Shown piece after piece: positions 46,577-56,933 of a stretch of DNA of 64,000 nt; position 1 is the first letter of the stretch; each line of letters begins with the position of its first letter. Both the position numbers and the translations under genes were made by a program. Origin of the DNA: an uncultured Bacteroidota bacterium. GTDB lineage: Bacteria > Bacteroidota > Bacteroidia > Bacteroidales > GCA-2748055. The DNA lies in contig CAVQMZ010000006.1 of NCBI GenBank assembly GCA_963713725.1, forward strand, positions 227,591 through 291,590, read 5' to 3'. The notes under the pieces were generated by a model. It searched no databases and had not been told where the DNA came from. It worked only from the letters and a program-made list of their open reading frames with translations.

Positions 46577-48094
46577 TTAGAGCCGCTCCTTGATTTTTTC
46601 CAGCACTACCCTGTTAGAGAATTTTGTGCAGTGTCCTTCCATGGGTGAAAACTCGATCACTGCATCCGAGTGGGGATTCTGAGTGGTCTCAAGAAACTCG
46701 CTGAATGCCCGCGTGGCGGTATTGAGGTAGAAGTGATCCATGTCGCCCATCCAGATATAGATTTTCCCATCGATTTTGGGGCCCAGATCAGCCCAGTTTT
46801 CCCTGGCATGAATTTTAAAATCATACTTTTTCCAGTGCTCCGCTACTTCCTTATCAATTGCCCCGGTAATAGGATCAATCAGTGCTTTGGGGAGGCCATT
46901 ATCCCCTTTAGGAGAATATAGCGCAGCATGGGCGCTGAACTGACCTCCCGAATTTAGGTAGGTGTTGGAGGCACCGATGACGTTTTCATATTGGGTGAAC
47001 TTCCTGAGCAAAATAAAGGGTTCTCCATTCACGTTCCTCATGACTGGTCTTTCAAGCCCGAAGCGCGTGACAAAAGCATTCTCTTCCTCGTAGATGTTCA
47101 CCAGCTGGTAGTTTTCAAATTCAACTGCGTCAGGACTGTAGGAGAAACATCCGCCAAAAAAATCGGGATAGTAGAGCTGGAGACCCAGGGATACCCAACC
47201 ACCGGTGGAACAACCATCCACGAAACGAGTGTCGGGGTTGTCAGTTCCCCTGTACTCAGATTCTATATGGGGAATCAGCTCATTGATCAGTGAATATCCA
47301 TAGGGTCCGCTGTTCTCTGAATCCATCTGGTATGAATCACCGAAGGGACCCTCTCCATCAAGGAAGACGCTGATAAGCTCTGGAGCATCATCCGAGTTCC
47401 ACCAGTTCATGAATTCTTCATTAGCGCTTAACCGGTTGACCCGGGTATATCGGCCACCATAGCCGGCCACATTATAACGGATGGGATAGGCCTTATTCTC
47501 ATCGTAGTCCCCTGGAAGCAGAACAGATGCTTTCAGGTGCATTTCTTTCCCCCACCAGCTGGAAAGGGTGTCGCTTTTCATTTCGACCAGCCTGACCTGG
47601 GGGTGTTCTGCCACCTTTGTGGCTTCGATTACCTGGTCAAGGGAGACTTTAATATCCAGCGACCTGTCCACCACCACCTTCTGCTTAAGACTGAAAATAT
47701 TACCCGGGGCATTGATCCCCGACTCATCGGTATCCTGGTCCCATAATACCTGGAGATTGTATTCTCCCTCAGGCACTCCGTCAAGGTCCCATTCTGTAGT
47801 TTTCATCCAATCCATAGATTGGTCAAGTACCAGTTCTTTATCCGCTTTCACTCCTGACAGGTTGATGGCAAAAATATGGTTATTCACCCATGGCATGGGC
47901 CAGGTCTGGGTGCGGGGCTCTGCCATCTGATTCTCACAAAGGAAGAGAAACAATCGACCCTCTGGCTTAAAATCTGCCTGTAGCTCTCCGGGAATGGTCA
48001 GACTGGCTTTGATACTGAACGCTCCGGACTGAGCCTGGAGACTTGAAGTGATTCCCAGGATAAGGAGGGAAACAAGAATAAATCTGCTTTTCAT
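46577..48094 (-). CDS. secreted alpha/beta-hydrolase, esterase-D/enterochelin-esterase-like
   Basis: 505 aa with a signal peptide, an N-terminal beta domain and FVDGCSTGGWVSL (GxSxG-type nucleophile elbow). Confidence 0.6.
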   Translation of the reverse strand: MKSRFILVSLLILGITSSLQAQSGAFSIKASLTIPGELQADFKPEGRLFLFLCENQMAEPRTQTWPMPWVNNHIFAINLSGVKADKELVLDQSMDWMKTTEWDLDGVPEGEYNLQVLWDQDTDESGINAPGNIFSLKQKVVVDRSLDIKVSLDQVIEATKVAEHPQVRLVEMKSDTLSSWWGKEMHLKASVLLPGDYDENKAYPIRYNVAGYGGRYTRVNRLSANEEFMNWWNSDDAPELISVFLDGEGPFGDSYQMDSENSGPYGYSLINELIPHIESEYRGTDNPDTRFVDGCSTGGWVSLGLQLYYPDFFGGCFSYSPDAVEFENYQLVNIYEEENAFVTRFGLERPVMRNVNGEPFILLRKFTQYENVIGASNTYLNSGGQFSAHAALYSPKGDNGLPKALIDPITGAIDKEVAEHWKKYDFKIHARENWADLGPKIDGKIYIWMGDMDHFYLNTATRAFSEFLETTQNPHSDAVIEFSPMEGHCTKFSNRVVLEKIKERL

Positions 48095-48156
48095 TATATC
48101 TCTTTAAAACAATAAGACATAAATTGCCACTTTGTTCATTTTCAGGAACAATTTCC

Positions 48157-48540
48157 CTATGGCTTTTCCTGAGGGCTCATTCGACGGATGCAAAAAATGC
48201 ATTCTCGATGTGTTCTATCTCCAGCCCGGCTGGAATGGTAGCTCACCCCGATCACATCGAAACGGCAGGGACGGCGACAATCATAGAGGCGGATAAAGGC
48301 ATCTGTGGCCAGTACAATATTTCGCTGCTTGGCAGGGCCCACAACTTCCCAGGGCAGGTTCACCTGGTTTCCCAAACGTGCCTTTACTTCCACAATGACC
48401 AGCTCATTGCGGTAAAGCGTCACCAGGTCCAGCTCCCTTTTACCCCAGCGCCAATTGCTTTTCCATATATGGTAGCCGCGGGCTCTCAGATACGCTGCAG
48501 CCACCCTTTCAGCCTTCCTTCCGGTATCGCATTGATTCAT
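48157..48540 (-). CDS. yraN: YraN-family (UPF0102) endonuclease-like protein
   Basis: GRKAERVAAAYLRARGYHIWKSNWRWGKRELDLV....LVIVEVKAR. Confidence 0.75.
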   Translation of the reverse strand: MNQCDTGRKAERVAAAYLRARGYHIWKSNWRWGKRELDLVTLYRNELVIVEVKARLGNQVNLPWEVVGPAKQRNIVLATDAFIRLYDCRRPCRFDVIGVSYHSSRAGDRTHRECIFCIRRMSPQEKP

Positions 48541-48595
48541 CGCTTTCGGTTTTTAGCTTGATGTGACAGGAAGGAAAGAATCAGCCATTTATCAC

Positions 48596-48603
48596 TATCT
48601 TTG
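48596..48603 (+). promoter_or_regulatory. -7 box TATCTTTG upstream of metG
   Basis: Exact TAnnTTTG, 21 nt before ATG 48625. Confidence 0.35.
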
Positions 48604-48624
48604 TGCCACTCAATCCCAGCTGAC

Positions 48625-50661
48625 ATGACAACAAAGAATTATAAAAGACACCTGATTACCTCTGCCTTACCCTATGCCAATGGGCCCATTCATCTTGGTC
48701 ACCTGGCCGGGGTTTATGTGCCCTCCGATATCTATGTCAGATACCTTCGCAGTCGCAACAGGGATGTGATCTCCATCTGCGGTTCGGATGAACACGGGGT
48801 ACCGATCACCCTGAAGGCAAGGAATGAAGGAATTACCCCCCAGGCTGTGGTTGACCGCTACCATGCCATTAACAAAAAGGCCTTTGAGGATTTCGGAATT
48901 GCATTCGATATATATTCCCGGACTTCTAACAAGGTGCACCACGAAACCGCTTCAGAAATCTTTAAAACACTTTACGATAAAGGTGTTTTTATTGAAAAGA
49001 CCTCTGAACAGTATTACGATGAAGAGGCAAAATCCTTTTTGGCCGACCGCTATATTACCGGAACCTGCCCCCACTGCGGAAATCCCTGTGCCTATGGCGA
49101 CCAGTGCGAGCAGTGTGGTACTTCCCTGAGTCCCACCGACCTGATCAATCCGGTTTCCACCATCAGCGGGAGCCAGCCGGTGCTGAAGGATACCAAACAC
49201 TGGTTTCTTCCCCTTGACCAGTATGAACCCTGGCTTAAGGACTGGATCCTGGAGGGACATAAGGAATGGAAGCCCAATGTTTACGGACAGTGTAAATCAT
49301 GGCTGGACCAGGGCCTGCATCCCAGGGCAGTAAGCCGGGACCTTGACTGGGGCGTACCGGTACCTGTGGAAGGTGCCGATGGAAAAGTGCTCTACGTGTG
49401 GTTTGATGCGCCCATTGGCTACATCTCAGCCACCAAGGAGCTGACCCCCGACTGGGAGCTTTACTGGAAGGATGAAGAGACCCGCATGATCCACTTCATT
49501 GGGAAGGATAATATCGTATTTCATTGTATCGTCTTTCCCACCATGTTGAAGGCAGAAGGCAGCTACATTCTCCCGGAAAACGTTCCGGCCAATGAATTCC
49601 TTAATCTGGAGAACGACAAAATTTCCACCTCCCGCAACTGGGCCGTATGGTTACATGAATACCTGGAAGATTTCCCGGGTAAGCAGGATGTGATGCGCTA
49701 CGTACTTTGCGCCAATGCGCCGGAAAACAAAGACAACGATTTCACCTGGAAGGATTTCCAGAACCGGAATAACAACGAGCTGGTGGCCATCCTAGGGAAC
49801 TTTGTAAACCGGGCCATTGTGCTGACTCACAAGTATTATGAGGGCCGGGTGCCAGAGATTGGAAATCTTCTGGACAGCGACAAAGACGTCCTTGCCGAGA
49901 TCGGAAAGATTGGGAAAAGTGTTGAGCAAAGCCTGGAGCTTTTTCGCTTCAGAGAGGCCATCAAAACTGCCATGGACCTTGCCCGCCTGGGTAATAAATA
50001 CCTGGCTGACACCGAACCCTGGAAGGTAATTAAAACCGATCCGGAAAGGGTAAAAACCATTCTGAATATATCCCTGCAAATCACGGCAAACCTCACCCTT
50101 TTACTGGAGCCCTTCCTTCCCTTCTCCATGGAAAAACTCAGGGGCTTTATAGGCTTTGAACCCACTGATTGGGAACTGATTGGTGAGACAGATCTTTTAA
50201 AGGCCGGGCATGTGATTAATAAAGCCGGATTGCTTTTTGAGAAGATCGAAGATGATCAGATCCAGGCCCAGATCGACAAGTTGCTGAGGAGCAGGGAAGA
50301 GAATCTGGAGAGTCTTGAAGTGGCACCTTTAAAAGAGGAAATTGCCTTCGATGATTTTACAAAAATCGATCTGCGCACAGCAACCATCCTGGAGGCCGAG
50401 AAGGTGGCTAAAACCAAAAAACTGATCAAGCTGAAAGTCGATCTTGGTTTCGAAGAGCGGACCATTGTTTCCGGCATTGCTGAATACTACGAACCTGCAG
50501 AACTGCCCGGGAAAAAAGTCTGCGTGCTGGCCAATCTGGCTCCAAGGACCCTCAAGGGAATTGAATCCCAGGGTATGATCCTGCTTTCTGAGAATCCCGA
50601 CGGCTCACTGTTTTTTATTGAGCCGGCAGATGATGCCGTGAACGGTTCGGAGATAAACTAG
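48625..50661 (+). CDS. metG: methionine--tRNA ligase
   Basis: [16 protein letters not shown] (HIGH), the zinc knuckle CPHCG...CEQCG, KISTSRN (KMSKS-like) and a C-terminal tRNA-binding (EMAP/Trbp111-like) domain. Confidence 0.95.
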   Translation: MTTKNYKRHLITSALPYANGPIHLGHLAGVYVPSDIYVRYLRSRNRDVISICGSDEHGVPITLKARNEGITPQAVVDRYHAINKKAFEDFGIAFDIYSRTSNKVHHETASEIFKTLYDKGVFIEKTSEQYYDEEAKSFLADRYITGTCPHCGNPCAYGDQCEQCGTSLSPTDLINPVSTISGSQPVLKDTKHWFLPLDQYEPWLKDWILEGHKEWKPNVYGQCKSWLDQGLHPRAVSRDLDWGVPVPVEGADGKVLYVWFDAPIGYISATKELTPDWELYWKDEETRMIHFIGKDNIVFHCIVFPTMLKAEGSYILPENVPANEFLNLENDKISTSRNWAVWLHEYLEDFPGKQDVMRYVLCANAPENKDNDFTWKDFQNRNNNELVAILGNFVNRAIVLTHKYYEGRVPEIGNLLDSDKDVLAEIGKIGKSVEQSLELFRFREAIKTAMDLARLGNKYLADTEPWKVIKTDPERVKTILNISLQITANLTLLLEPFLPFSMEKLRGFIGFEPTDWELIGETDLLKAGHVINKAGLLFEKIEDDQIQAQIDKLLRSREENLESLEVAPLKEEIAFDDFTKIDLRTATILEAEKVAKTKKLIKLKVDLGFEERTIVSGIAEYYEPAELPGKKVCVLANLAPRTLKGIESQGMILLSENPDGSLFFIEPADDAVNGSEIN

Positions 50662-51831
50662 TTATTCATTGGAGAGGAGCCAAACGGATTCCATCCCAGC
50701 TTCGGTCTTCAGACTTGCCAGTCTTCTTTCTGCCTCTACCATGCTGGGAAAGGATCCTACGCTGACCCGGTACATCCGGTTTTCAGTGATCATTACCTCG
50801 GCATGATAACCCATTAAATTGAGCTTATCCTGTAATTCGCTGGCATTTGTAAGATTCCTGAAGCTTCCCGCTATAAGGAAAAAATGATTGACATCTTCCT
50901 CAATAACAATAAGCTCCTCGGGAGCTGTCACATCCTCATCTGTGAGTTCCGGAGCCCCAATGGGTTGCTCTGTTTCACCGCTCGGATCTTCCTGAATGCT
51001 GACATCAGGCTGAACAGCCGGCCCAGCCTGAGGCTGCCGGGTTTGAACCTGGTCTCCTGCTGCACCTCCTCTGTCAGAGGGAATCATCAGTAAAATCACC
51101 AGAACCACAATAAGAATTCCGGCTACGATCCAGATGACCCTCCATAAAGCGGACCTTTTACTGGATTTTTGATTCTCCATGGGTCCTTGTGGCGTGGATA
51201 TCCTTTTGGAAAGTGGCCTGGGGCTTTGACTTTTAACGAGCTTTGCCACAGGTTTCGGTGTACTTTCTTCCTCAGGCGCTTCTTCCTCCTTTATGTCCTC
51301 ATCCTCACTTAGCTCCAGAATGGGGCCCCTGTCTGGTTCAAATTCACGTTCTCCTTCGGGCTCATCCAGACTGGCTGAAAGATCCAGGGTCTCCACCTCA
51401 TCCAGGGGCAAGTCCTCCAGCTCCAGAAGATCCATGGTCCCCAATCCGTACTGATCTTCATCCAGAACCCAGGAAGGATCCGGCTGAAAGTATACTTTCC
51501 CCTCGTCATCCCTGCTGAAAACGCCAGCATTGACCAGTGAATAGGACTCACCCTTATCCAGGGCAAAACGAATGGCATCCACCAGTTCCAGCACCTGCTG
51601 TTCAGCTTCCTCCCTGCCTACCCCTCCCGCCTGGGACCAGGTCTCTGCAAGCAGACCGTCATCTTTACTGAAACTGCTATCAAACCGGATCATCAGGCCC
51701 GGTGGATCGATCCGTGCGGAAGAGCTTGGAATTCCTCCTGCGGACTCTTTTACTTCCAGGTTTCCAAATCCGGGCAGAATAAGCCTTTTTCGCTCTTCCA
51801 GAAGTTGTTTGATGCTTTCTCCGATGGTCAC
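50662..51831 (-). CDS. SPOR-domain protein with an HU-like N-terminal domain and an acidic linker
   Basis: N-terminal LILPGFGNLEVKE, a D/E-rich low-complexity middle, one TM (ALWRVIWIVAGILIVVLVILLMI) and a C-terminal SPOR (FFLIAGSFRNLTNASEL...YRVSVGSF). Confidence 0.7.
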   Translation of the reverse strand: MTIGESIKQLLEERKRLILPGFGNLEVKESAGGIPSSSARIDPPGLMIRFDSSFSKDDGLLAETWSQAGGVGREEAEQQVLELVDAIRFALDKGESYSLVNAGVFSRDDEGKVYFQPDPSWVLDEDQYGLGTMDLLELEDLPLDEVETLDLSASLDEPEGEREFEPDRGPILELSEDEDIKEEEAPEEESTPKPVAKLVKSQSPRPLSKRISTPQGPMENQKSSKRSALWRVIWIVAGILIVVLVILLMIPSDRGGAAGDQVQTRQPQAGPAVQPDVSIQEDPSGETEQPIGAPELTDEDVTAPEELIVIEEDVNHFFLIAGSFRNLTNASELQDKLNLMGYHAEVMITENRMYRVSVGSFPSMVEAERRLASLKTEAGMESVWLLSNE

Positions 51832-51919
51832 TTTTCGCTCTTTTATCGGGTAAAAGTAGTCAGAATAAAGCCCTTTTCAAAACCAATTTATCAAGCCGCA
51901 ATTTTTAGTATATTCGTAC

Positions 51920-53053
51920 ATGGAACAGATTAGAATGGTAGACCTTCATGGTCAGTATCTAAAAATCAAATCTGAGGTAAACAATGCCATCCAGGGGGTT
52001 ATTGATTCCAGCGCCTTCATCAAGGGTGGAGAGGTAATGGACTTCCAGGAAGAGCTCTCCCGCTACATGGATGTGCCCCATACCATCGCCTGTGGAAACG
52101 GCACCGACGCCTTGCAGGTGGCCATGATGGCCCTTGGGCTGGAGCCCGGGGATGAAGTGATCACAACCCCTTTTACTTTTATTGCCACAGTTGAAGTGAT
52201 CAAACTCCTGGGGCTTAAACCGGTATTTGTGGATGTGCTGAGAGAAAGCTTTAATATTAACCCGGCTTTGCTTGAAAAGGCCCTTACAAAGCGAACCAGG
52301 GCCGTCGTGCCGGTTCACCTCTTCGGCCAGTGTGCAGACATGGACCTGATCATGGACTTTGCCAGAAGCGCTGGTATTTATGTAATTGAGGATAATGCCC
52401 AGGCAATTGGGGCAAACCACACTTCCCACGATGGCACCATCCGTAAAGCCGGAACCATCGGACATATTGGAACCACCTCCTTCTTTCCCTCCAAAAACCT
52501 GGGGGCCTTTGGAGACGGTGGGGCCCTTTTCACCAGGGATGAAAGTTTCGGAAAGAAACTTCGTTCGCTGGTTAACCATGGCATGAGTAATGAACGGTAT
52601 TATTACGATCAGGTGGGTGTGAACTCCCGGCTGGACACCATGCAGGCAGCCATCCTCAGGATTAAGCTGAGGCACCTGGAGGAATATCATGCTGCAAGAC
52701 AAAAGGCGGCGGCCTACTACGATCAGGCCCTCTCGGAACTTGCTGAAATACAGATCCCGGAACGCTCAGCCTATTCTGATCACATTTTTCACCAGTACAC
52801 CTTAAAGCTGGCTCCCGAAAAGCGGGAAAAGCTGAAACAATATTTAAGCGAAAAGCGTATACCATCCATGGTTTACTACCCTGTCCCCCTCCATCTTCAG
52901 CGTGCTTACAAAGATCTCGGGTACAAGGAGGGCGATTTACCGGTTTCTGAAAGCTTGTCAGGCCAGGTACTCTCCCTGCCCATGCACACCGAACTGGAGG
53001 AGGAACAGCTGGCCTACATTTGCCAGGAAATTAGAGCTTTTTTTAAAGGATGA
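51920..53053 (+). CDS. DegT/DnrJ/EryC1-family sugar aminotransferase (WbpE-like)
   Basis: 377 aa with the typical N-terminal DLHGQYLKIK.E...AI..V..S..FI.GGEV..FE and SFFPSKNLGAFGDGG (PLP Lys). Confidence 0.85.
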   Translation: MEQIRMVDLHGQYLKIKSEVNNAIQGVIDSSAFIKGGEVMDFQEELSRYMDVPHTIACGNGTDALQVAMMALGLEPGDEVITTPFTFIATVEVIKLLGLKPVFVDVLRESFNINPALLEKALTKRTRAVVPVHLFGQCADMDLIMDFARSAGIYVIEDNAQAIGANHTSHDGTIRKAGTIGHIGTTSFFPSKNLGAFGDGGALFTRDESFGKKLRSLVNHGMSNERYYYDQVGVNSRLDTMQAAILRIKLRHLEEYHAARQKAAAYYDQALSELAEIQIPERSAYSDHIFHQYTLKLAPEKREKLKQYLSEKRIPSMVYYPVPLHLQRAYKDLGYKEGDLPVSESLSGQVLSLPMHTELEEEQLAYICQEIRAFFKG

Positions 53054-53634
53054 AGATGAAGGAGTTTTTTGCACATGAAACTGCGGTGATTGACCAGGGG
53101 GTTGAAATAGGAGCCGGAACCAAAATATGGCATTTCAGCCACATTATGACCGGCAGTGTAATCGGGGAAAACTGCAACCTGGGTCAGAATGTGGTGGTTT
53201 CACCGGAGGTTATCCTGGGAAAAAATGTGAAGGTACAGAACAATGTCTCCATTTACACGGGCGTTATTTGCGAAGATGATGTATTCCTTGGGCCCTCCAT
53301 GGTATTCACCAATGTGATTAATCCCAGGAGTGCCATTAAGCGCAGGGAGGAATACCTGAAAACCGTGGTGGGAAGAGGAGCGACCATAGGTGCCAATGCC
53401 ACCATAGTTTGCGGAAACGATATCGGAGCCTATGCCTTCATCGGAGCCGGGGCAGTAATTACAAAGGAGGTTTTGCCCTATGCCCTCATAGTGGGGAATC
53501 CCGGAAAACAGGTGGGCTGGATGAGTGAATACGGACACAGACTGGAATTTGATACCTCCGGCATAGCCACCTGCAGTGAGAGCCAGGAGAAATATATACT
53601 TGAAGAAAACAGGGTCAGGAAAATAGAAGCGTAA
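53050..53634 (+). CDS. left-handed beta-helix sugar N-acetyltransferase (WbpD-like)
   Basis: 194 aa with hexapeptide repeats (IGENCNLGQNVVV, GATIGANATIVCG). It overlaps the upstream gene by 4 nt. Confidence 0.8.
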   Translation: MKMKEFFAHETAVIDQGVEIGAGTKIWHFSHIMTGSVIGENCNLGQNVVVSPEVILGKNVKVQNNVSIYTGVICEDDVFLGPSMVFTNVINPRSAIKRREEYLKTVVGRGATIGANATIVCGNDIGAYAFIGAGAVITKEVLPYALIVGNPGKQVGWMSEYGHRLEFDTSGIATCSESQEKYILEENRVRKIEA

Positions 53635-53635
53635 A

Positions 53636-54589
53636 ATGGAGAAGAAAGCAGTAAATTTTGCGCTCATTGGAGTGGCAGGTTATATAGCCGTAAGGCATGT
53701 GAGGGCTATAAAGGAAACGGAGAACAGCCTGGTGGCCTCCCTGGACCGATTCGACAGTGTGGGATTCCTGGATTCCTATTTCCCGGACGCCGATTTCTTT
53801 ACAGAATTTGAGCGTTTTGATCGCCACATAGCCAAGCTGAACAGGCAGGGAACAAAGGTGGAATACGTGAGCATCTGCTCTCCCAATTACCTCCATGATT
53901 CTCACATCAGGTTTGCTTTGAGAAACGGGGCCGATGCCATCTGTGAAAAGCCCCTGGTATTAAATCCCTGGAACATCGATGCCCTGGGTGATTACGAGAA
54001 AGAGACCGGCAAAAAGATATGGAACATCCTGCAGCTAAGGCTCCACCCTTCTATTATTGAGCTCAGGGAGCAGGTGAAGAATGGCCCTCCCGATAAAATC
54101 TATGATGTGGATCTTTCCTACATTACCAGCCGAGGAAACTGGTATCATTTCTCCTGGAAAGGGGACGAGGAAAAATCGGGTGGTGTGGCCACCAACATCG
54201 GCGTACACTTTTTCGATATGTTATCCTGGATTTTTGGCGAGTTCAAACAGAATGTGGTTCATGTACTTGAGAAGGACAAGGCCGCCGGATACCTGGAGCT
54301 GGAAAAAGCCCGTGTGAGGTGGTTCCTGAGTATCGATTACGATGACATCCCCCGGGATATTAAAAAAATCAATCAGCGCACCTACCGTTCCATTACGGTG
54401 GATGGAAAGGAGATTGAATTCAGTGGTGGCTTCACCGACCTGCACACCATTTCCTACGAGAAAATTCTCCAGGGAAAGGGTTTTGGACTGGAAGCCGGAA
54501 GGCGCTCCATCCAGGCTGTATACAACATAAGAAATTCAACGCCCATCGGTCTGAAGGGCGACTATCATCCCATAATTAAAATGAAATAG
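53636..54589 (+). CDS. Gfo/Idh/MocA-family sugar oxidoreductase (WbpB-like)
   Basis: 317 aa with FALIGVAGYIAVRH (Rossmann) and CEKPL. It starts 1 nt after the upstream stop. Confidence 0.75.
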   Translation: MEKKAVNFALIGVAGYIAVRHVRAIKETENSLVASLDRFDSVGFLDSYFPDADFFTEFERFDRHIAKLNRQGTKVEYVSICSPNYLHDSHIRFALRNGADAICEKPLVLNPWNIDALGDYEKETGKKIWNILQLRLHPSIIELREQVKNGPPDKIYDVDLSYITSRGNWYHFSWKGDEEKSGGVATNIGVHFFDMLSWIFGEFKQNVVHVLEKDKAAGYLELEKARVRWFLSIDYDDIPRDIKKINQRTYRSITVDGKEIEFSGGFTDLHTISYEKILQGKGFGLEAGRRSIQAVYNIRNSTPIGLKGDYHPIIKMK

Positions 54590-54590
54590 C

Positions 54591-55883
54591 ATGATTTATA
54601 ATGACCTGCTGAGCGGGAAGAAAAAGATGGCCGTCATTGGCCTGGGTTATGTGGGCCTGCCCATTGCACTGGAATTTGCCAGGAAAATATCGGTGATCGG
54701 TTTTGATATTAAAGCCGACCGTATAGATTTAATGAAACAGGGAATTGATCCCAGTAACGAACTTGAAACCAAAGATTTCGAAGGATGCGATATCCAGTTC
54801 ACTGCAAATCTTGAGGATCTGAAGGAGGCCGCCTTTTACATTGTGGCCGTACCCACTCCAATTGACAGTCATAAAAAACCTGATCTTACACCTCTCTTGT
54901 CGGCAACCAGATCGGTAGGAAAAGTACTTTCCGAAGGCGACTATGTGGTATATGAATCCACGGTTTATCCGGGCTGCACTGAAGAGGACTGCATCCCCCT
55001 TCTGGTGGAAGAATCGGGCCTGACATATATCGACCAGTTTAAGGTGGGTTTTTCCCCCGAAAGGATCAATCCCGGCGACCGTGAACATACCCTGACCAAA
55101 ATTACCAAGGTAAGTTCGGGATGTGATGCAGAGTCGGCCGAGGAGATCGCCCTTACCTATGAGCTGGTAATCGAGGCCGGAGTTCACAGGGCATCTTCCA
55201 TCAAGGTAGCCGAGGCAGCGAAGATCATTGAAAATACGCAGCGCGATATCAACATCGCCTTTATGAATGAGCTCTCAATGATCTTTAATAAGATCGGAAT
55301 CAATACCTACGAGGTACTTGAAGCCGCGGGCACAAAATGGAACTTTCTGAAGTTTTATCCCGGACTGGTGGGAGGACACTGCATTGGCGTGGATCCCTAC
55401 TACCTCACCTATAAATCCATGAAGTTTGGCCACCATGCCCAGATCATCAACGCCGGAAGGGGAATCAACGACTCCATGGGTGCCTGGGTGGCAAGGCAGG
55501 TTACCCTGAAACTCTCTGCATCCTTTCCAAACCTGAAAGATTGCCGGGTGCTGGTAATGGGTGCCACTTTCAAGGAGAACGTAAGCGACATCCGCAACTC
55601 CAAGGTGGCCGATGTGGTTGATGAACTGAAAGAGTTCGGTGTCTGTGTGGATGTGGTTGATCCTTACGCTTCCCCTGATGAAATCAAGGAAGAGTATGAT
55701 TTTGAACTGGCCGATTCCATCTCCGGTCCCTACCATGGTATCATCGTGGCAGTAAGCCACACCGAATATGCAAATCTGGATGAGGACTATTTCATGAGCA
55801 TATCACTCCCGGGGGCTGTATTTGCAGACCTGAAGGGGATCTACAGAGACAAGATCAAAACATTAAATTACTGGAGTCTATAG
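54591..55883 (+). CDS. UDP-N-acetyl-hexosamine 6-dehydrogenase (NDP-sugar dehydrogenase, WbpA-like)
   Basis: 430 aa: MAVIGLGYVGLP, GGHCIGVDPYY (catalytic Cys). Confidence 0.85.
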   Translation: MIYNDLLSGKKKMAVIGLGYVGLPIALEFARKISVIGFDIKADRIDLMKQGIDPSNELETKDFEGCDIQFTANLEDLKEAAFYIVAVPTPIDSHKKPDLTPLLSATRSVGKVLSEGDYVVYESTVYPGCTEEDCIPLLVEESGLTYIDQFKVGFSPERINPGDREHTLTKITKVSSGCDAESAEEIALTYELVIEAGVHRASSIKVAEAAKIIENTQRDINIAFMNELSMIFNKIGINTYEVLEAAGTKWNFLKFYPGLVGGHCIGVDPYYLTYKSMKFGHHAQIINAGRGINDSMGAWVARQVTLKLSASFPNLKDCRVLVMGATFKENVSDIRNSKVADVVDELKEFGVCVDVVDPYASPDEIKEEYDFELADSISGPYHGIIVAVSHTEYANLDEDYFMSISLPGAVFADLKGIYRDKIKTLNYWSL

Positions 55884-55885
55884 TT

Positions 55886-56911
55886 ATGTCCACAATTCTT
55901 GTAACCGGCGGAACGGGCTATATCGGGTCACATACCACCGTGGAGCTGATGGAATCGGGTATGGATGTGGTAATCATCGACAACCTTGAAAACTCCAAAA
56001 AAGAGGTGATCGATGGTATTACTGAGATTAGCGGGAAAAAACCCCACTTCGAGGAGGTGGACCTGCGAAACCGGGCAGCTACCTTTGCCGTTTTTGAAAA
56101 GTACCCCGACATCGAAGCTGTAATCCACTTTGCTGCATACAAGGCTGTGGGTGAGAGTGTCGAAAAACCACTTGCCTATTATGAGAATAACCTGCTCTCC
56201 CTGGTGAACCTGCTGGAGGCCATGAAGCAGTTTGGGGTAATCAACATCGTCTTTTCATCATCCTGCACCGTATACGGTCAGCCCGAAAAGATGCCCGTGA
56301 CTGAGGATGCTCCCATACAGGTAGCCACTTCACCCTATGGCAATACCAAACAGATTTGCGAAGAAATATTACGTGACGAGGTGGCCTCCGGTTCCGCCAC
56401 CCGGGTAATTGCGCTGCGCTATTTCAACCCCGTGGGAGCACATCCTTCGGCAAAAATAGGGGAACTGCCCCTGGGTGTTCCGGCTAACCTGGTCCCCTTC
56501 ATCACACAGACAGCCATAGGGCTCCGCGAAGAGCTCAGGGTATTTGGAGATGACTATAATACTCCTGACGGATCAGCCATCAGGGATTATATTAACGTGG
56601 TGGATCTGGCCAGAGCTCATGTGGTGGCCATCCAGCGCCTGATTGATAAGCAGCAAAAGAAACCCCTGGAAGTTTTTAACCTGGGAACCGGGACCGGGCT
56701 ATCGGTTCTGGAGGTGATCAAAGCCTTTGAAGATGCCACCGGGGAAAAGGTGAACTATAAAATTGTGGACCGGCGTGAGGGAGATATAGAGCAGGTATGG
56801 GCTGATACCCGCTTTGCCAACGAAGAGCTGGGATGGAAAGCCGAAAGAGGTATAAAGGAGACGCTTCAATCGGCCTGGGACTGGGAAAAGCGCATCGGGA
56901 AAAAAGATTAA
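55886..56911 (+). CDS. galE: UDP-glucose 4-epimerase
   Basis: ILVTGGTGYIGSH, SSSCTVYG, YGNTK (YxxxK). Confidence 0.9.
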   Translation: MSTILVTGGTGYIGSHTTVELMESGMDVVIIDNLENSKKEVIDGITEISGKKPHFEEVDLRNRAATFAVFEKYPDIEAVIHFAAYKAVGESVEKPLAYYENNLLSLVNLLEAMKQFGVINIVFSSSCTVYGQPEKMPVTEDAPIQVATSPYGNTKQICEEILRDEVASGSATRVIALRYFNPVGAHPSAKIGELPLGVPANLVPFITQTAIGLREELRVFGDDYNTPDGSAIRDYINVVDLARAHVVAIQRLIDKQQKKPLEVFNLGTGTGLSVLEVIKAFEDATGEKVNYKIVDRREGDIEQVWADTRFANEELGWKAERGIKETLQSAWDWEKRIGKKD

Positions 56912-56933
56912 CAGGAGATTAAACACTGAAGAG

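Noticed and set aside
51959-52702. Long antisense ORFs in the track, for example 247 aa at 51959-52702 opposite the DegT aminotransferase. Others include 23168-23668, 28493-29035, 53200-53667, 54729-55187, 55275-55760 and 13645-14094.
   Set aside because: Each is fully embedded opposite a gene with strong family motifs. Their translations are low-complexity or Arg/Pro/Gly-rich with no recognisable motif. They look like shadow ORFs of moderately GC-balanced coding DNA.
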